From Sedimentisphaerales bacterium (GTDB lineage: Bacteria > Planctomycetota > Phycisphaerae > Sedimentisphaerales > Anaerobacaceae): 64,000 bases of DNA. The stretch is taken from NCBI GenBank assembly GCA_035476995.1, contig DATIKY010000344.1:4550-68549 (forward strand), given 5' to 3'. This document shows positions 42,758-51,981 of the stretch, piece by piece. Position numbers and translations under genes: made by a program. Position 1 is the first letter of the stretch; every line of letters begins with the position of its first letter. The notes beneath the pieces are model-generated. The model did no database searches, was not told the DNA's origin, and saw nothing but the letters and a program-made list of their open reading frames with translations.

Positions 42758-44995
42758 ATGGAGGGCACCGTGAACCCACAACCTCTTCGCAACCCAAGGC
42801 AGCCTCGCGGCAATGCGCCGCACGGACGCCGAACCGCCCTGTTGACGCTGACGGTCCTGGTCCTGACCGCCGCGACGGGCTGCCAGACGCAGAAGGAAAA
42901 CGCATCCGCTTCGTCAGTCCCCGTGCCGCAGAGGGAGCGACTCGGGCAAAGTCCCACGGTCCCTGCCGTCGAACCGGCGCGCGTCGAGCCCGCCCCTGCG
43001 ACCCAGCGCATCACCGGCGCGTCCCCGAAAGACAGCCCCAGCCGCCGATGGCTGACCGAAGAAGTCGTCAGTCCCGTCGAGTTCGGCTCGCCCCAGCCCC
43101 CGGCCAAAACGCCCAAACCCGTGGAGCTCGTCGCGGTCCCGTCGCAGCCGCCCCTGCAACCGCAGGCGGCGGTCCCGCCTCAAGCCATGCCTTCGCTGAG
43201 GCCGGGCATGGCCGACGAGCCCGTTTCCGTGAACTTCGACAATGTCGACATCCGCACGGTCCTCAAGACCATCGGCGACATCACCGGCATCAACTTCATT
43301 CCGCATGAAAGCGTCACCGGCAACGTCACCGTGATGTCTCCGACTCCGATCCGGCTGGGCGACCTCTACGCCTTCCTGCAGTCGATCCTCGACGTGCGCG
43401 GCTACGCCACGATCGAGATGGACAACGCGGTCAAGGTGGTGCCCAAGGCCGACGCGGCCCGACACCACTTGCAGGTTCGGATCGGCGCCGACCCGGCCTT
43501 CATCCCGAAGGTCGACATGGTCGTCACGCAGATCATGCCGCTGAAGTACGCGGACGCCGACGAAGTCCGCCAGATCATCGAACCCATCATCTCGACCGGC
43601 GCACAACTGGCGACGTATCCGCGGACCAACTCCCTGATGATCACCGACACCTCCGCGAACATCCGTCACATCGCGCAGGTCGTTCAGCAGCTCGACGTCG
43701 AAGGTTCGCAGGAAAAGGTGCTGACGTTCCCGTTGACCCACGCGTCGGCCCGAGTGCTCAGCGAACAGATCACGCGGATCCTGGAGAGAAACCGCAGCGC
43801 GGGCCCCCAGACCGGTCGCATTTCGCCCGGCGGCGGGATGACCGGCGCAAGGATACTCCCCGACGACCGGACCAACTCGCTGATCGTCATCGCCGGCGAG
43901 CAGAACACCGAGATGATCCGTGGCCTCGTCGAACAGCTCGACATTCAACGACCCGTCGGCGTCAACAACGTCCACGTGGTGTACCTCAAGAACGCCGACG
44001 CCAACGAGGTGGGCCGCTCGCTCGACCAGGCCATGGCGGGTATGAAGCTGGCCGGGGCGGTCGAGGCTTCCCAGCAGGTCCAGATCACGCCCGACCCGAG
44101 CACCAACGCCCTGGTCGTGGTGGCCTCGCCGCAGGATTTTGAGGTGGTCTCGCAGATCATCGAGAAGCTCGACATCGTTCGCGACCAGGTGCTGGTCGAG
44201 ATGCTGATCCTCGAGATCACGGAGGAATCGCTTCGAGAGATCGGCATCGACTGGGCCACGCTCGACAACGCGGTGGCCGACAGCGTGCGAGGCTTCGGCA
44301 TGACCAATCTCGGCCCGCGCGTGGACTTCCTCAGCGGAACCTCCGAAGGGCTCAACGTCGGCGCCTGGCGAGGAGGCGCCGGCGGCGCGCAGATCGGCGC
44401 CATCCTCCATGCCCTGCAGAAACAATCGGGCGTCAACATCCTCTCGACGCCGTCGATCCTGACGTCGAACCACCGCAAGGCCCAGATCATCGTCGGCGAG
44501 AACCGCCCGTTCGTCACCGAGTCCCGGATCACCGAGAGCACCGATCCGATCAACCCGACGGTCATCAAAAGCTTCGAATACAAGGACGTGGGCATCACGC
44601 TGGACATCACGCCGCACGTCAGCCAGGGCGGCCTGATCCGACTCGAAATCGACAGTGAGTTCACCAAGCTCATCGAGGACGTCACGACCCTCTCGATCGA
44701 CACCCCCGCCACCGCCAAGCGTACCGCCCAGACGGTCGTCACGATGGGCAGCGGCGCGACGGTCGTCATCGGCGGTCTGATCCGCGACGACACGACCCAC
44801 GCGGTCAAGAAGATCCCCCTGTTCGGGGACTTGCCCCTGGTCGGGTCGATGTTCCGCTCGGAGCGAAACCGAACGCAGAAGACGAACCTCCTGCTGTTCA
44901 TCACGCCGCACGTGATGTCGACCCAGGAGGATCTGGTCAACATGAGCGAGAGAAAGAGGCAGGAAATGACCTTGGCCCAGCCAAAGGACAACTGA
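42758..44995 (+). CDS. gspD: type II secretion system secretin GspD, with lipoprotein-type signal and Pro-rich N-terminal extension
   Basis: The start was set at ATG 42758, 4 nt after the gspC stop. LLTLTVLVLTAATGCQTQ is lipobox-like. The N0 domain reads VSVNFDNVDIRTVLKTIGDITGINFI. The secretin core reads ILSTPSILTSNHRKAQIIVGENRPF and ATVVIGGLIRDD....KKIPLFGDLPLVGSMFRS. Confidence 0.9.
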   Translation: MEGTVNPQPLRNPRQPRGNAPHGRRTALLTLTVLVLTAATGCQTQKENASASSVPVPQRERLGQSPTVPAVEPARVEPAPATQRITGASPKDSPSRRWLTEEVVSPVEFGSPQPPAKTPKPVELVAVPSQPPLQPQAAVPPQAMPSLRPGMADEPVSVNFDNVDIRTVLKTIGDITGINFIPHESVTGNVTVMSPTPIRLGDLYAFLQSILDVRGYATIEMDNAVKVVPKADAARHHLQVRIGADPAFIPKVDMVVTQIMPLKYADADEVRQIIEPIISTGAQLATYPRTNSLMITDTSANIRHIAQVVQQLDVEGSQEKVLTFPLTHASARVLSEQITRILERNRSAGPQTGRISPGGGMTGARILPDDRTNSLIVIAGEQNTEMIRGLVEQLDIQRPVGVNNVHVVYLKNADANEVGRSLDQAMAGMKLAGAVEASQQVQITPDPSTNALVVVASPQDFEVVSQIIEKLDIVRDQVLVEMLILEITEESLREIGIDWATLDNAVADSVRGFGMTNLGPRVDFLSGTSEGLNVGAWRGGAGGAQIGAILHALQKQSGVNILSTPSILTSNHRKAQIIVGENRPFVTESRITESTDPINPTVIKSFEYKDVGITLDITPHVSQGGLIRLEIDSEFTKLIEDVTTLSIDTPATAKRTAQTVVTMGSGATVVIGGLIRDDTTHAVKKIPLFGDLPLVGSMFRSERNRTQKTNLLLFITPHVMSTQEDLVNMSERKRQEMTLAQPKDN

Positions 44996-45041
44996 TGTTC
45001 CGAGCGGGCCTTCGCCGGGCGCCGGCAGAAATCTTCAGACG

Positions 45042-46661
45042 GTGAGATCCCAGGGGAGCCAGGGAGTGATCGAACGGACAGACAACCGACAGCGGCATCC
45101 GATCCGCCCCGAGCAACTGAGCTCGGAGTTGATGCGACGACTGCCCCTTGAGTTTCTCAAGAGGCAACGGGCGATCCCCATCCTCCTGGAGAAGAATGAG
45201 CCGGCGGTGGCGTTGGCCGATCCGCTCAATATCGGCGCCTACGACGCGATCGTGGGCATCCTGGGCCGGCCCTGCCGCCGGGTCCTTTGCGAGCCGTCCG
45301 AGATCGAACAGGCGATCAGCCGATGCTACTACCTCAGCCCCGGCGAGGAAGACAACTACTTCACGCCCGATGCGCCGGAGTCGTCGGGACAAACCGACGC
45401 GCCCGCGTCGTCCGTCCAGGACCTCGCCAGCAGCGTCCAGACGCGGGCGGAGGACCTGCTCAACATCGCGGACAAGGCGCCCGCGATCAAGCTGGTCAAC
45501 AAGATCCTGTTCCACGCGGTGCACAGCCGGGCCAGCGACATCCACATCGAGCCCTACGAGCAGGAGGTGAAGATCCGTTTCCGCGTCGACGGCGTCCTGC
45601 GGAACATCCTGAGCCTGCCGAAGATCCAGGTCAGCCCGATCCTCTCGCGGCTCAAGATCATGGCCAATCTGAACATCGCCGAGCACCGCCTGCCCCAGGA
45701 CGGACAGAGCCGCGTCAGCATCGGCGACGAGGTCGTCGATATCCGCGTCTCGGTGATTCCCACCGCCGGCGGCGAGCGGGTCGTGCTGCGACTGCTCGAC
45801 AAGGGACGAGGCGAGCTGAAGCTCGAAGAGATCGGCTTCGGACCGGACCTGCTCAAGACGTTCCGCAGCCTGATCGCGGTCTCGCACGGGATCGTCCTGA
45901 TCACCGGCCCGACCGGCAGCGGCAAAACCACGACGCTCTACGGCGCCCTGAATGAGCTCAACAGCCAGGAACGGAACATCCTGACCGTCGAAGACCCGGT
46001 CGAGTACCAGTTGCCCGGCGTCGGCCAGATGCAGGTGCATCCGAAGATCGACCTGACGTTCGCCAGTTGCCTGCGTCACATCCTCCGCCAGGACCCGGAC
46101 ATCATCATGATCGGCGAGATTCGCGACCGCGAGACCGCCGAGATCGCAATCCAGGCCTCGCTGACCGGGCACCTCGTGCTGAGCACCCTGCACACGAACG
46201 ACGCCGCCTCGGCCTTCACGCGCCTGATCGACATGGGGATCGAGCCCTACCTGATCTCCTCGACCGTCGTCGGCGTGATGGCCCAGCGGCTGGTTCGCGT
46301 GATCTGCCCGAGCTGCAAGCAGCCGCACACGCCGCAGGAGGGAACGGTCTCCTGGAGCGAGTTGGAGAAAATCGCCACGGGATTCATCCGGTTGCACAAA
46401 GGCGCCGGCTGCGAGAAGTGCCTCGACAGCGGGTACAGGGGCCGCACCGGCATCTTCGAGCTGCTGCTCGTCGACGACCCGATCCGGGACATGATCGTCC
46501 GGCGGCAGGCGTCCCACGTCATCAAGGAAGCGGCCGTCCGGCACAGCATGACGACCCTGAGAAACGACGGACTGCGGCGGGCCCTGGAGGGAGCCACCAC
46601 GCTGGAAGAGGTCTATCGCGTGACGCAGGACAGCGTGCAGATCGGACTGGAGGGAAACTGA
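45042..46661 (+). CDS. gspE: type II secretion ATPase GspE
   Basis: Walker A is GPTGSGKTTT and Walker B is DPDIIMIGEIRD. Also LTGHLVLSTLHTND and a tetra-Cys motif CPSCKQ...CEKC. An alternative in-frame GTG start lies at 45066, with GGGGAG upstream. Confidence 0.9.
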   Translation: MRSQGSQGVIERTDNRQRHPIRPEQLSSELMRRLPLEFLKRQRAIPILLEKNEPAVALADPLNIGAYDAIVGILGRPCRRVLCEPSEIEQAISRCYYLSPGEEDNYFTPDAPESSGQTDAPASSVQDLASSVQTRAEDLLNIADKAPAIKLVNKILFHAVHSRASDIHIEPYEQEVKIRFRVDGVLRNILSLPKIQVSPILSRLKIMANLNIAEHRLPQDGQSRVSIGDEVVDIRVSVIPTAGGERVVLRLLDKGRGELKLEEIGFGPDLLKTFRSLIAVSHGIVLITGPTGSGKTTTLYGALNELNSQERNILTVEDPVEYQLPGVGQMQVHPKIDLTFASCLRHILRQDPDIIMIGEIRDRETAEIAIQASLTGHLVLSTLHTNDAASAFTRLIDMGIEPYLISSTVVGVMAQRLVRVICPSCKQPHTPQEGTVSWSELEKIATGFIRLHKGAGCEKCLDSGYRGRTGIFELLLVDDPIRDMIVRRQASHVIKEAAVRHSMTTLRNDGLRRALEGATTLEEVYRVTQDSVQIGLEGN

Positions 46662-46662
46662 G

Positions 46663-47847
46663 ATGCCCGTGCTGGAATCGGACTTCATGAACGACGTGCG
46701 GAGAGAGGCCGCCGCAGCCCGGCGACAAGCCCATCGGCCTGTCTCACCGGCCAGGCCCGGCAACGACATCCTGCGGCGGGCCGGCACGAAGGACCTGTGC
46801 CGGATCGCGAGGCAACTGTCGGCCCTGCTGCACGCGGGAATGCCCCTGGTGCCTGCGATGTCGGCCCTCGTCGAGCAGTTGGAGTGCCCCACGAACGCCA
46901 GGAGCGGGTCGTCCTCGCTGCGTAAGAAACCGCTCGTCCAGGCGATTCGGCAAGTCCGGGACGACGTGAACGAAGGCATGAGCATGGCCGAAGCCCTGGG
47001 CCGGCACCCCGGCGTGTTCTCGCCGCTGTTCGTCAGCATGGTCTCGGCCGGCGAGAGCAGCGGAGCCCTGGAGGAGGTGCTCGCACGCATCGCCGACATC
47101 CTGGAGAAACGAGTCCAGCTCGTCGGCAAGGTCAAAGCCGCGATCACGTACCCCACGGTCATGGCGACCGTGGCCGCGGCGGTCGTGGTGTTCCTGATCT
47201 CCTACGTGGTGCCCGGCATCACGCGGCTGTTCACCCAGATGAATCACGCGCTGCCCTGGCCGACGCGGTTTCTGATCTCGGTCAGCGAGTTCTCGCAGAC
47301 GTACCTCATGGTCTTTCTCGGCCTGTTCTGCGCAGCGGTGATCGGCCTGGCAGCCCTGCGACGGAACCGCGAAGGCAAGGCCTGGCTGGACCGCATCGTC
47401 CTGAAGCTGCCCTTGTTCGGTCCCCTGCTGTTCCGGCTGGAGCTGGCCCGACTGACGCGGACGCTGGGCACGCTGATGAAGAGCGGGTTGCCGGTGATGG
47501 CGGCGATGGAGATCACCCAGCGGGTGATTCAGAACAGCCTGATCGCGGAGGCGATGAAGACGATTCGCGAGTCCGTGCACAAAGGGGACAACATCGCCGG
47601 AGCGATGAAGACCACCGGCCTGTTCCCCCCGGTCGTATACCACCTGATCGCGACCGGCCAGATGTCCGGCAACATCGAGGACGGAATGATCGACATCGCC
47701 GAGATGTACGACGGCGAGGTCGAAGCCTCCGTGCGGACGCTCACCTCGCTCCTGGAGCCGGTGATTCTGCTGGTCATGGGAGGCATCGTGACGTTCATCG
47801 TGCTGGCGATTCTGTTGCCGATCTTCGAAATCAATCAAGCCTTGTGA
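46663..47847 (+). CDS. gspF: type II secretion inner-membrane platform protein GspF
   Basis: It has two GspF-type repeats (RQLSALLHAGMPLVPAMSAL; RTLGTLMKSGLPVMAAMEIT) and three TM helices. The C-terminus EPVILLVMGGIVTFIVLAILLPIFEIN is typical. The ATG lies 1 nt after the gspE stop. Confidence 0.9.
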   Translation: MPVLESDFMNDVRREAAAARRQAHRPVSPARPGNDILRRAGTKDLCRIARQLSALLHAGMPLVPAMSALVEQLECPTNARSGSSSLRKKPLVQAIRQVRDDVNEGMSMAEALGRHPGVFSPLFVSMVSAGESSGALEEVLARIADILEKRVQLVGKVKAAITYPTVMATVAAAVVVFLISYVVPGITRLFTQMNHALPWPTRFLISVSEFSQTYLMVFLGLFCAAVIGLAALRRNREGKAWLDRIVLKLPLFGPLLFRLELARLTRTLGTLMKSGLPVMAAMEITQRVIQNSLIAEAMKTIRESVHKGDNIAGAMKTTGLFPPVVYHLIATGQMSGNIEDGMIDIAEMYDGEVEASVRTLTSLLEPVILLVMGGIVTFIVLAILLPIFEINQAL

Positions 47848-47866
47848 CAAGTAAGGACGTTTGAGT

Positions 47867-48316
47867 ATGAACCAATCACCAATCATCAATCATCAATCAT
47901 CCATGCCCAAGGGGTTCACCCTGATTGAGCTGATGATCGTCGTGGTCATCCTGGGCTTACTGGCGACGACCGTGATGCCCAAGATCCTGAGCAGGCCGGA
48001 CCAGGCTCGCCAGACCAAGGCCACCGTCGACATCCGCGCGATTCAGTCCGCCCTGGCGATGTTCAAGACCGACGTCGGACGCTTTCCCACGACGGCCGAG
48101 GGCTTGCAGGCGCTCGTCGCCAATCCCGGACTCAAGGGGTTCAACAGCGACGGCTACCTCGAGCGAGTGCCCGCCGATCCCTGGGGAAATCCGTACATCT
48201 ACATCAGCCCCGGCCTGCACAGCAAGGATTACGATCTGAAGTCCCTGGGCAAGGACGGCGAAGACGGCGGCACAGACAAAGACGCCGACATCGAAAGCTG
48301 GAACCTCCAGGGCTAG
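47867..48316 (+). CDS. gspG: type II secretion major pseudopilin GspG
   Basis: The prepilin signature is KGFTLIELMIVVVILGLLA. The GspG core reads DIRAIQSALAMFKTDVGRFPTTAEGLQALV ... DPWGNPYIY. ATG 47867 has AAGGA 9 nt upstream and gives a 16-aa leader. The alternative start ATG 47903 gives a 4-aa leader. Confidence 0.9.
   Translation: MNQSPIINHQSSMPKGFTLIELMIVVVILGLLATTVMPKILSRPDQARQTKATVDIRAIQSALAMFKTDVGRFPTTAEGLQALVANPGLKGFNSDGYLERVPADPWGNPYIYISPGLHSKDYDLKSLGKDGEDGGTDKDADIESWNLQG
47871..47905 (+). repeat. tandem heptanucleotide repeat (A[C/T]CAATC x4, plus a degenerate fifth copy) at the 5' end of gspG
   Basis: ACCAATC ACCAATC ATCAATC ATCAATC ATCCATG, read directly. The last copy contains the ATG at 47903. 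Confidence 0.8.
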
Positions 48317-48348
48317 ACGCGGGAAACCGTCGGCAACGAGGAGGGACG

Positions 48349-48762
48349 ATGAAACCCAGGCATGCCAAAGCCTTCACGCTGATCGAGACGGTCGCAGCTC
48401 TGGCGATCGTCTCGATCGCTTTGCTCGGACTGCTGCAATTGAACCTGACCAGCATCCGGGTGGCGGACAAGGCGCAGACGACCGCCCGGGCGGTGTTTGT
48501 CGCCCAGGAGAAGATGGCCGAGACGCTGGAGTCGGGATTTCCCCCGGTTGGAACGCGCTCCGGCGTCGTGGAAAGCGGCGAGGGACGGTTCGCTTGGCGC
48601 GCCGAGGTGACCGACGCCTCCGGATCGCAGCAACGATCCCTGGGCGTGCGGCTCGACCGCCTGCGGAAACTCTCGGTCGAGGTCGCCGCCGGGGACAACC
48701 CCGCCAACAGCCCCGTCCGACTGACCACCTACGTTGCGGAGAGGAAGATCCGTGCACTGTAG
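48349..48762 (+). CDS. gspI: type II secretion minor pseudopilin GspI
   Basis: The prepilin N-terminus is KAFTLIETVAALAIVSIALLGLL. The size (137 aa) and the segment ARAVFVAQEKMAE are GspI-like. Confidence 0.7.
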   Translation: MKPRHAKAFTLIETVAALAIVSIALLGLLQLNLTSIRVADKAQTTARAVFVAQEKMAETLESGFPPVGTRSGVVESGEGRFAWRAEVTDASGSQQRSLGVRLDRLRKLSVEVAAGDNPANSPVRLTTYVAERKIRAL

Positions 48763-49456
48763 AGCCGCACAGAAAGCGTTCACCCTGATCGAGATGCTGG
48801 TCTCGCTGGCGATCGTCGCGTCCATCGTCACGATGGTCTACGGCAGCTACGCGGCCACCGCCCGGTCTCTGGACGTCTACGGCTCCCGCATGGCGTGCTC
48901 GGAACGCGCGCATCTGGCGCTTCGCATGATGGCCCGCCAGATCCGCTGCGCGTACCTGCCCCCGACCGCTGCGCACCCGACCCAAACGGATGTCGGACGC
49001 ACGATCAAGCCTGCGGAACCCGCCGCTGCGTTCTACGCCGAACCCGCGGCCTTGCGCAGCGATCTCCTGAGCTTCGTCACGACAGGCGGATTCGACCTCG
49101 GGTTGGACAGACCCATGGGGATCTCCCGCATTGCGTACCGCTACGAAGATGCGCAAGACACCCTGCTGATCGGCTGCGAGCCCTTCGTCCAACGCACAAA
49201 CACCCTGCAGGAGACCGGCGTCTGGCGGCCGATCCTGACCGGCCTGACGGAAATCGAACTGAAGTTCCACGATGGGAAACAATGGCAGACCGCCTGGGAT
49301 TCGAGGAGGGCCGGACGATTGCCGCATGCGGTCCGGATCGCGATCGGCGTCGCGGATCGCCAGGGGCTCGTGCATCGCTATGCGACGACGGTCCCCGTCG
49401 CATGCGCAAGCGTTTCTCGCGGACAACCAACCAGGGCCCCGAGCAAACAGCCATGA
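48752..49456 (+). CDS. gspJ: type II secretion minor pseudopilin GspJ
   Basis: GTG 48752 gives VHCRAAQKAFTLIEMLVSLAIVASIV. The assignment rests on size and on its position between gspI and gspK. It overlaps gspI by 11 nt. Confidence 0.65.
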   Translation: MHCRAAQKAFTLIEMLVSLAIVASIVTMVYGSYAATARSLDVYGSRMACSERAHLALRMMARQIRCAYLPPTAAHPTQTDVGRTIKPAEPAAAFYAEPAALRSDLLSFVTTGGFDLGLDRPMGISRIAYRYEDAQDTLLIGCEPFVQRTNTLQETGVWRPILTGLTEIELKFHDGKQWQTAWDSRRAGRLPHAVRIAIGVADRQGLVHRYATTVPVACASVSRGQPTRAPSKQP

Positions 49457-50442
49457 CACGAACCCGCACAGGTCACAGACAAGGCGGCTTCATCCTCGTC
49501 GTCGTGCTCGGGGCGGTCCTGGTGCTATCGAGCCTGCTGTTCGGCTTCAACCTGACGGCCCGCACGCGGCTGAATTCAGCCGACAGTTTCCACCGGACCG
49601 AACAGGTCGGCGCCGCCGCACGGGCCGGGATTGAGATCGCGATCGCCGCCATTCGGGACGTCAACGACCTCGGCGCGGACCCGCGATTCTCCAGCCTTCT
49701 GACCGGGGGCAACTCGTTCCTCATCGACGACGCCAACTGCTCCGTCACGGTCAGCGACGAAAGCGGGCTGCTGAACGTCAACCATCTCAAGACCGCCGAC
49801 GGGCAACTGAATCGACCGGTCATCGACCAGTTTCTGCGACTGATCGATCTGGTGAACGCCCAACAGGACCGTTCCGAGCGAATCGGCTACGGCGTCGTCC
49901 CCTCCCTGATCGACTGGATCGATTCCGACGACGAAGTGACGCGTCTGCCGTTCATCCAGCGGGAGAACACCGGTACCGAGGACGATCACTACCAGGCCCT
50001 GCCCCGACCGTACGCCTGCCGCAACCGACCGCTCGACACGGTGGACGATCTGCTCTGGGTCAAAGGCGTCACGCCCGAGGCGTTCAACCGGCTGCGGCCC
50101 TTCCTGACCTGCGTCGGCGACGGCAAGATCAACGTCAACGCCGCGCCGAAACTCGTCCTCCAGTCGCTCTCGGAGCAGATGGACGGCGCGGTCGCCCAGA
50201 TGATCCTCAACCAGCGCAGGATCAAGCCGTTCGCAAACGTCGCGCAGCTCCGAAGCCTGCCCGGAATGACCGATAATGTCTACCGGGCGATTAAAGACCG
50301 CATCTGCGTGCGTCCCCAGGACCGATTCTACCGCGTTCTCTCGCGGGCCGGCCTGGCCGACCGCACGCGCGCAGCCGAAGCGTTGCTCAGAAGAAACACG
50401 CAGGCCGGAACGGTCGATATGATTCTATACCGGGAACTGTAG
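49453..50442 (+). CDS. gspK: type II secretion minor pseudopilin GspK
   Basis: ATG 49453 overlaps the gspJ stop (ATGA). The hydrophobic N-terminus GGFILVVVLGAVLVLSSLL lacks the Glu+5. Other GspK-like segments are SGLLNVNHL, LDTVDDLLWVKGVT and KINVNAAPKLVLQSL. Confidence 0.75.
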   Translation: MTRTRTGHRQGGFILVVVLGAVLVLSSLLFGFNLTARTRLNSADSFHRTEQVGAAARAGIEIAIAAIRDVNDLGADPRFSSLLTGGNSFLIDDANCSVTVSDESGLLNVNHLKTADGQLNRPVIDQFLRLIDLVNAQQDRSERIGYGVVPSLIDWIDSDDEVTRLPFIQRENTGTEDDHYQALPRPYACRNRPLDTVDDLLWVKGVTPEAFNRLRPFLTCVGDGKINVNAAPKLVLQSLSEQMDGAVAQMILNQRRIKPFANVAQLRSLPGMTDNVYRAIKDRICVRPQDRFYRVLSRAGLADRTRAAEALLRRNTQAGTVDMILYREL

Positions 50443-50460
50443 AGACGCCGAGGACGCGTC

Positions 50461-51981
50461 TTGGCCCCCCGGCGACCCTTTGCAGGAGGTGAAGGCATCA
50501 GAACGCCCAAGAAATGCATCGGAATCGAGATCGGACGCAACCACGTCCGAGCCGCGCAGATCGCTCGGACCGCGGAGGGTCTTTGCCTGGAGAAAACTCT
50601 CGCCACGCAAACCCGACGGAGCACCGATTCGCCGTCGGCGATTCTCCGCTCGCTGATCCAGGACCACGGCTTCGACCCGCGGGCCGACGTCGCGGTGTCT
50701 CTGCCTTCCCACACGTTCTTCTTCGCGGACATCCAGACCGACGCGGCCGGGCTGGCGGCGCTCCAGGCGGGCGACGCGTCGAGTCTGCGAGACTGTTTCC
50801 CCATTCCGACTGAGGAGGCGGTCACCCAGGTCTGCACCGCCCTGCCTTCTCCGGACGGACGCCATTCTCTGCTGGTGGCCGCCACGTCGTGCGACCAGTT
50901 TGCCGCGCACCTGGCCTCGCTCGACGAAGCCAGGATCAAGCCGGTGCGAGTGGACTGCCCGACGATCGCCGGCCAGGCCGCGATCGCCGCGAACCATCCG
51001 GCCGCGATTCAAGGGCGGGCGGCCGTCCTGTACGTGGACGAATCCACGATCAACCTCGCCGCGACGCAGGACGGCTATCTGCTGCTCGTCCGCACCCTGC
51101 CGATGCTCTCCAGCGAAACGCAGAACCTCGAAACGGTCGTCCAGCAGACCGCGGAGATCCTCGCCCAGGAGATCGAGATCACCTGGAGACGGCTCTTTCA
51201 CAGCGACCCCGAAGCCGGCCTGTACATCTTCCTGATCGCCTCGGGCCGGATGGCGGAGCTTCTCCCGCCCGCGATGGGCGAGAAAATCAACAGCCGGATC
51301 GTGCCGGTTAATCCGTGCGTGAACGTCATCCGGTCGGCAGCGGCCGACGCGGACTCGGCCCTGTGTGTCGCAGAGGGCCTAGCCCTGCGGACGCTCCAGC
51401 CGCAGGCGACGAGCCGAACCGATTTCCTCAAGGCCTATCGGACCCGGACCCAGCCGGCCGTGCGGGTGCGCCGGGAGATGGCCATCTGCGGCGGCCTCGC
51501 TGCGGCGGCGGTGGCCATCTGGGTGATCGGCCTGTTCCTCCAGCTCTCGTCGCTGGAGTCGCAGTACACCAAGCTCAGAGAGCAGGAAAGAGCGACCTTC
51601 CTCCGCGCTGTCCCCGAGGAGCGCACCGTCGTCAATCCCGCGGCGCAGCTCCAACAGAAGCTCGACGCCCTCCGCAAAGACTGCGAGCTGTTCGCCGGCT
51701 TCAACCCGAACCAGCCCGGCCCGCTGGAGGTCCTGGCCACGCTGAGCCGGCAGATCCCCGCCTCGGGCAATCTGCGACTGCACGAGATGCTGATCGCCGG
51801 GGGCTCCATTCGGATCACCGGCACCTGCGATTCGTTCGCCACGTTCGGCGACTGGCAGCGGATTCTCGAAAACACGCCGGGACTCAGGCTCGTGGACGCT
51901 CCGCAGCCGCAAAGACGACCCGAATCGCAAAAGGTGGAGTTCAAGATCTCGCTGTCCACAACGGAGAAGAAGGCATCATGA
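50461..51981 (+). CDS. gspL: type II secretion assembly protein GspL (PilM-like cytoplasmic domain + TM + periplasmic domain)
   Basis: CIGIEIGRNHVRAAQI is an actin-like/PilM N-terminus. It has a single TM helix ICGGLAAAAVAIWVIGLFLQL and a periplasmic C-domain. It lies between gspK and gspM. The TTG start at 50461 is uncertain, as there is no in-frame ATG or GTG nearby. Confidence 0.65.
   Translation: MAPRRPFAGGEGIRTPKKCIGIEIGRNHVRAAQIARTAEGLCLEKTLATQTRRSTDSPSAILRSLIQDHGFDPRADVAVSLPSHTFFFADIQTDAAGLAALQAGDASSLRDCFPIPTEEAVTQVCTALPSPDGRHSLLVAATSCDQFAAHLASLDEARIKPVRVDCPTIAGQAAIAANHPAAIQGRAAVLYVDESTINLAATQDGYLLLVRTLPMLSSETQNLETVVQQTAEILAQEIEITWRRLFHSDPEAGLYIFLIASGRMAELLPPAMGEKINSRIVPVNPCVNVIRSAAADADSALCVAEGLALRTLQPQATSRTDFLKAYRTRTQPAVRVRREMAICGGLAAAAVAIWVIGLFLQLSSLESQYTKLREQERATFLRAVPEERTVVNPAAQLQQKLDALRKDCELFAGFNPNQPGPLEVLATLSRQIPASGNLRLHEMLIAGGSIRITGTCDSFATFGDWQRILENTPGLRLVDAPQPQRRPESQKVEFKISLSTTEKKAS

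Noticed and set aside
50514-50813. A 99-aa ORF starting at the only ATG near the 5' end of gspL, in a different frame.
   Set aside because: The translation is Arg/Pro/Gly-rich nonsense. The gspL frame gives a PilM/GspL-like N-terminus (CIGIEIGRNHVRAAQI), so gspL probably uses the TTG at 50461 or another non-ATG start.
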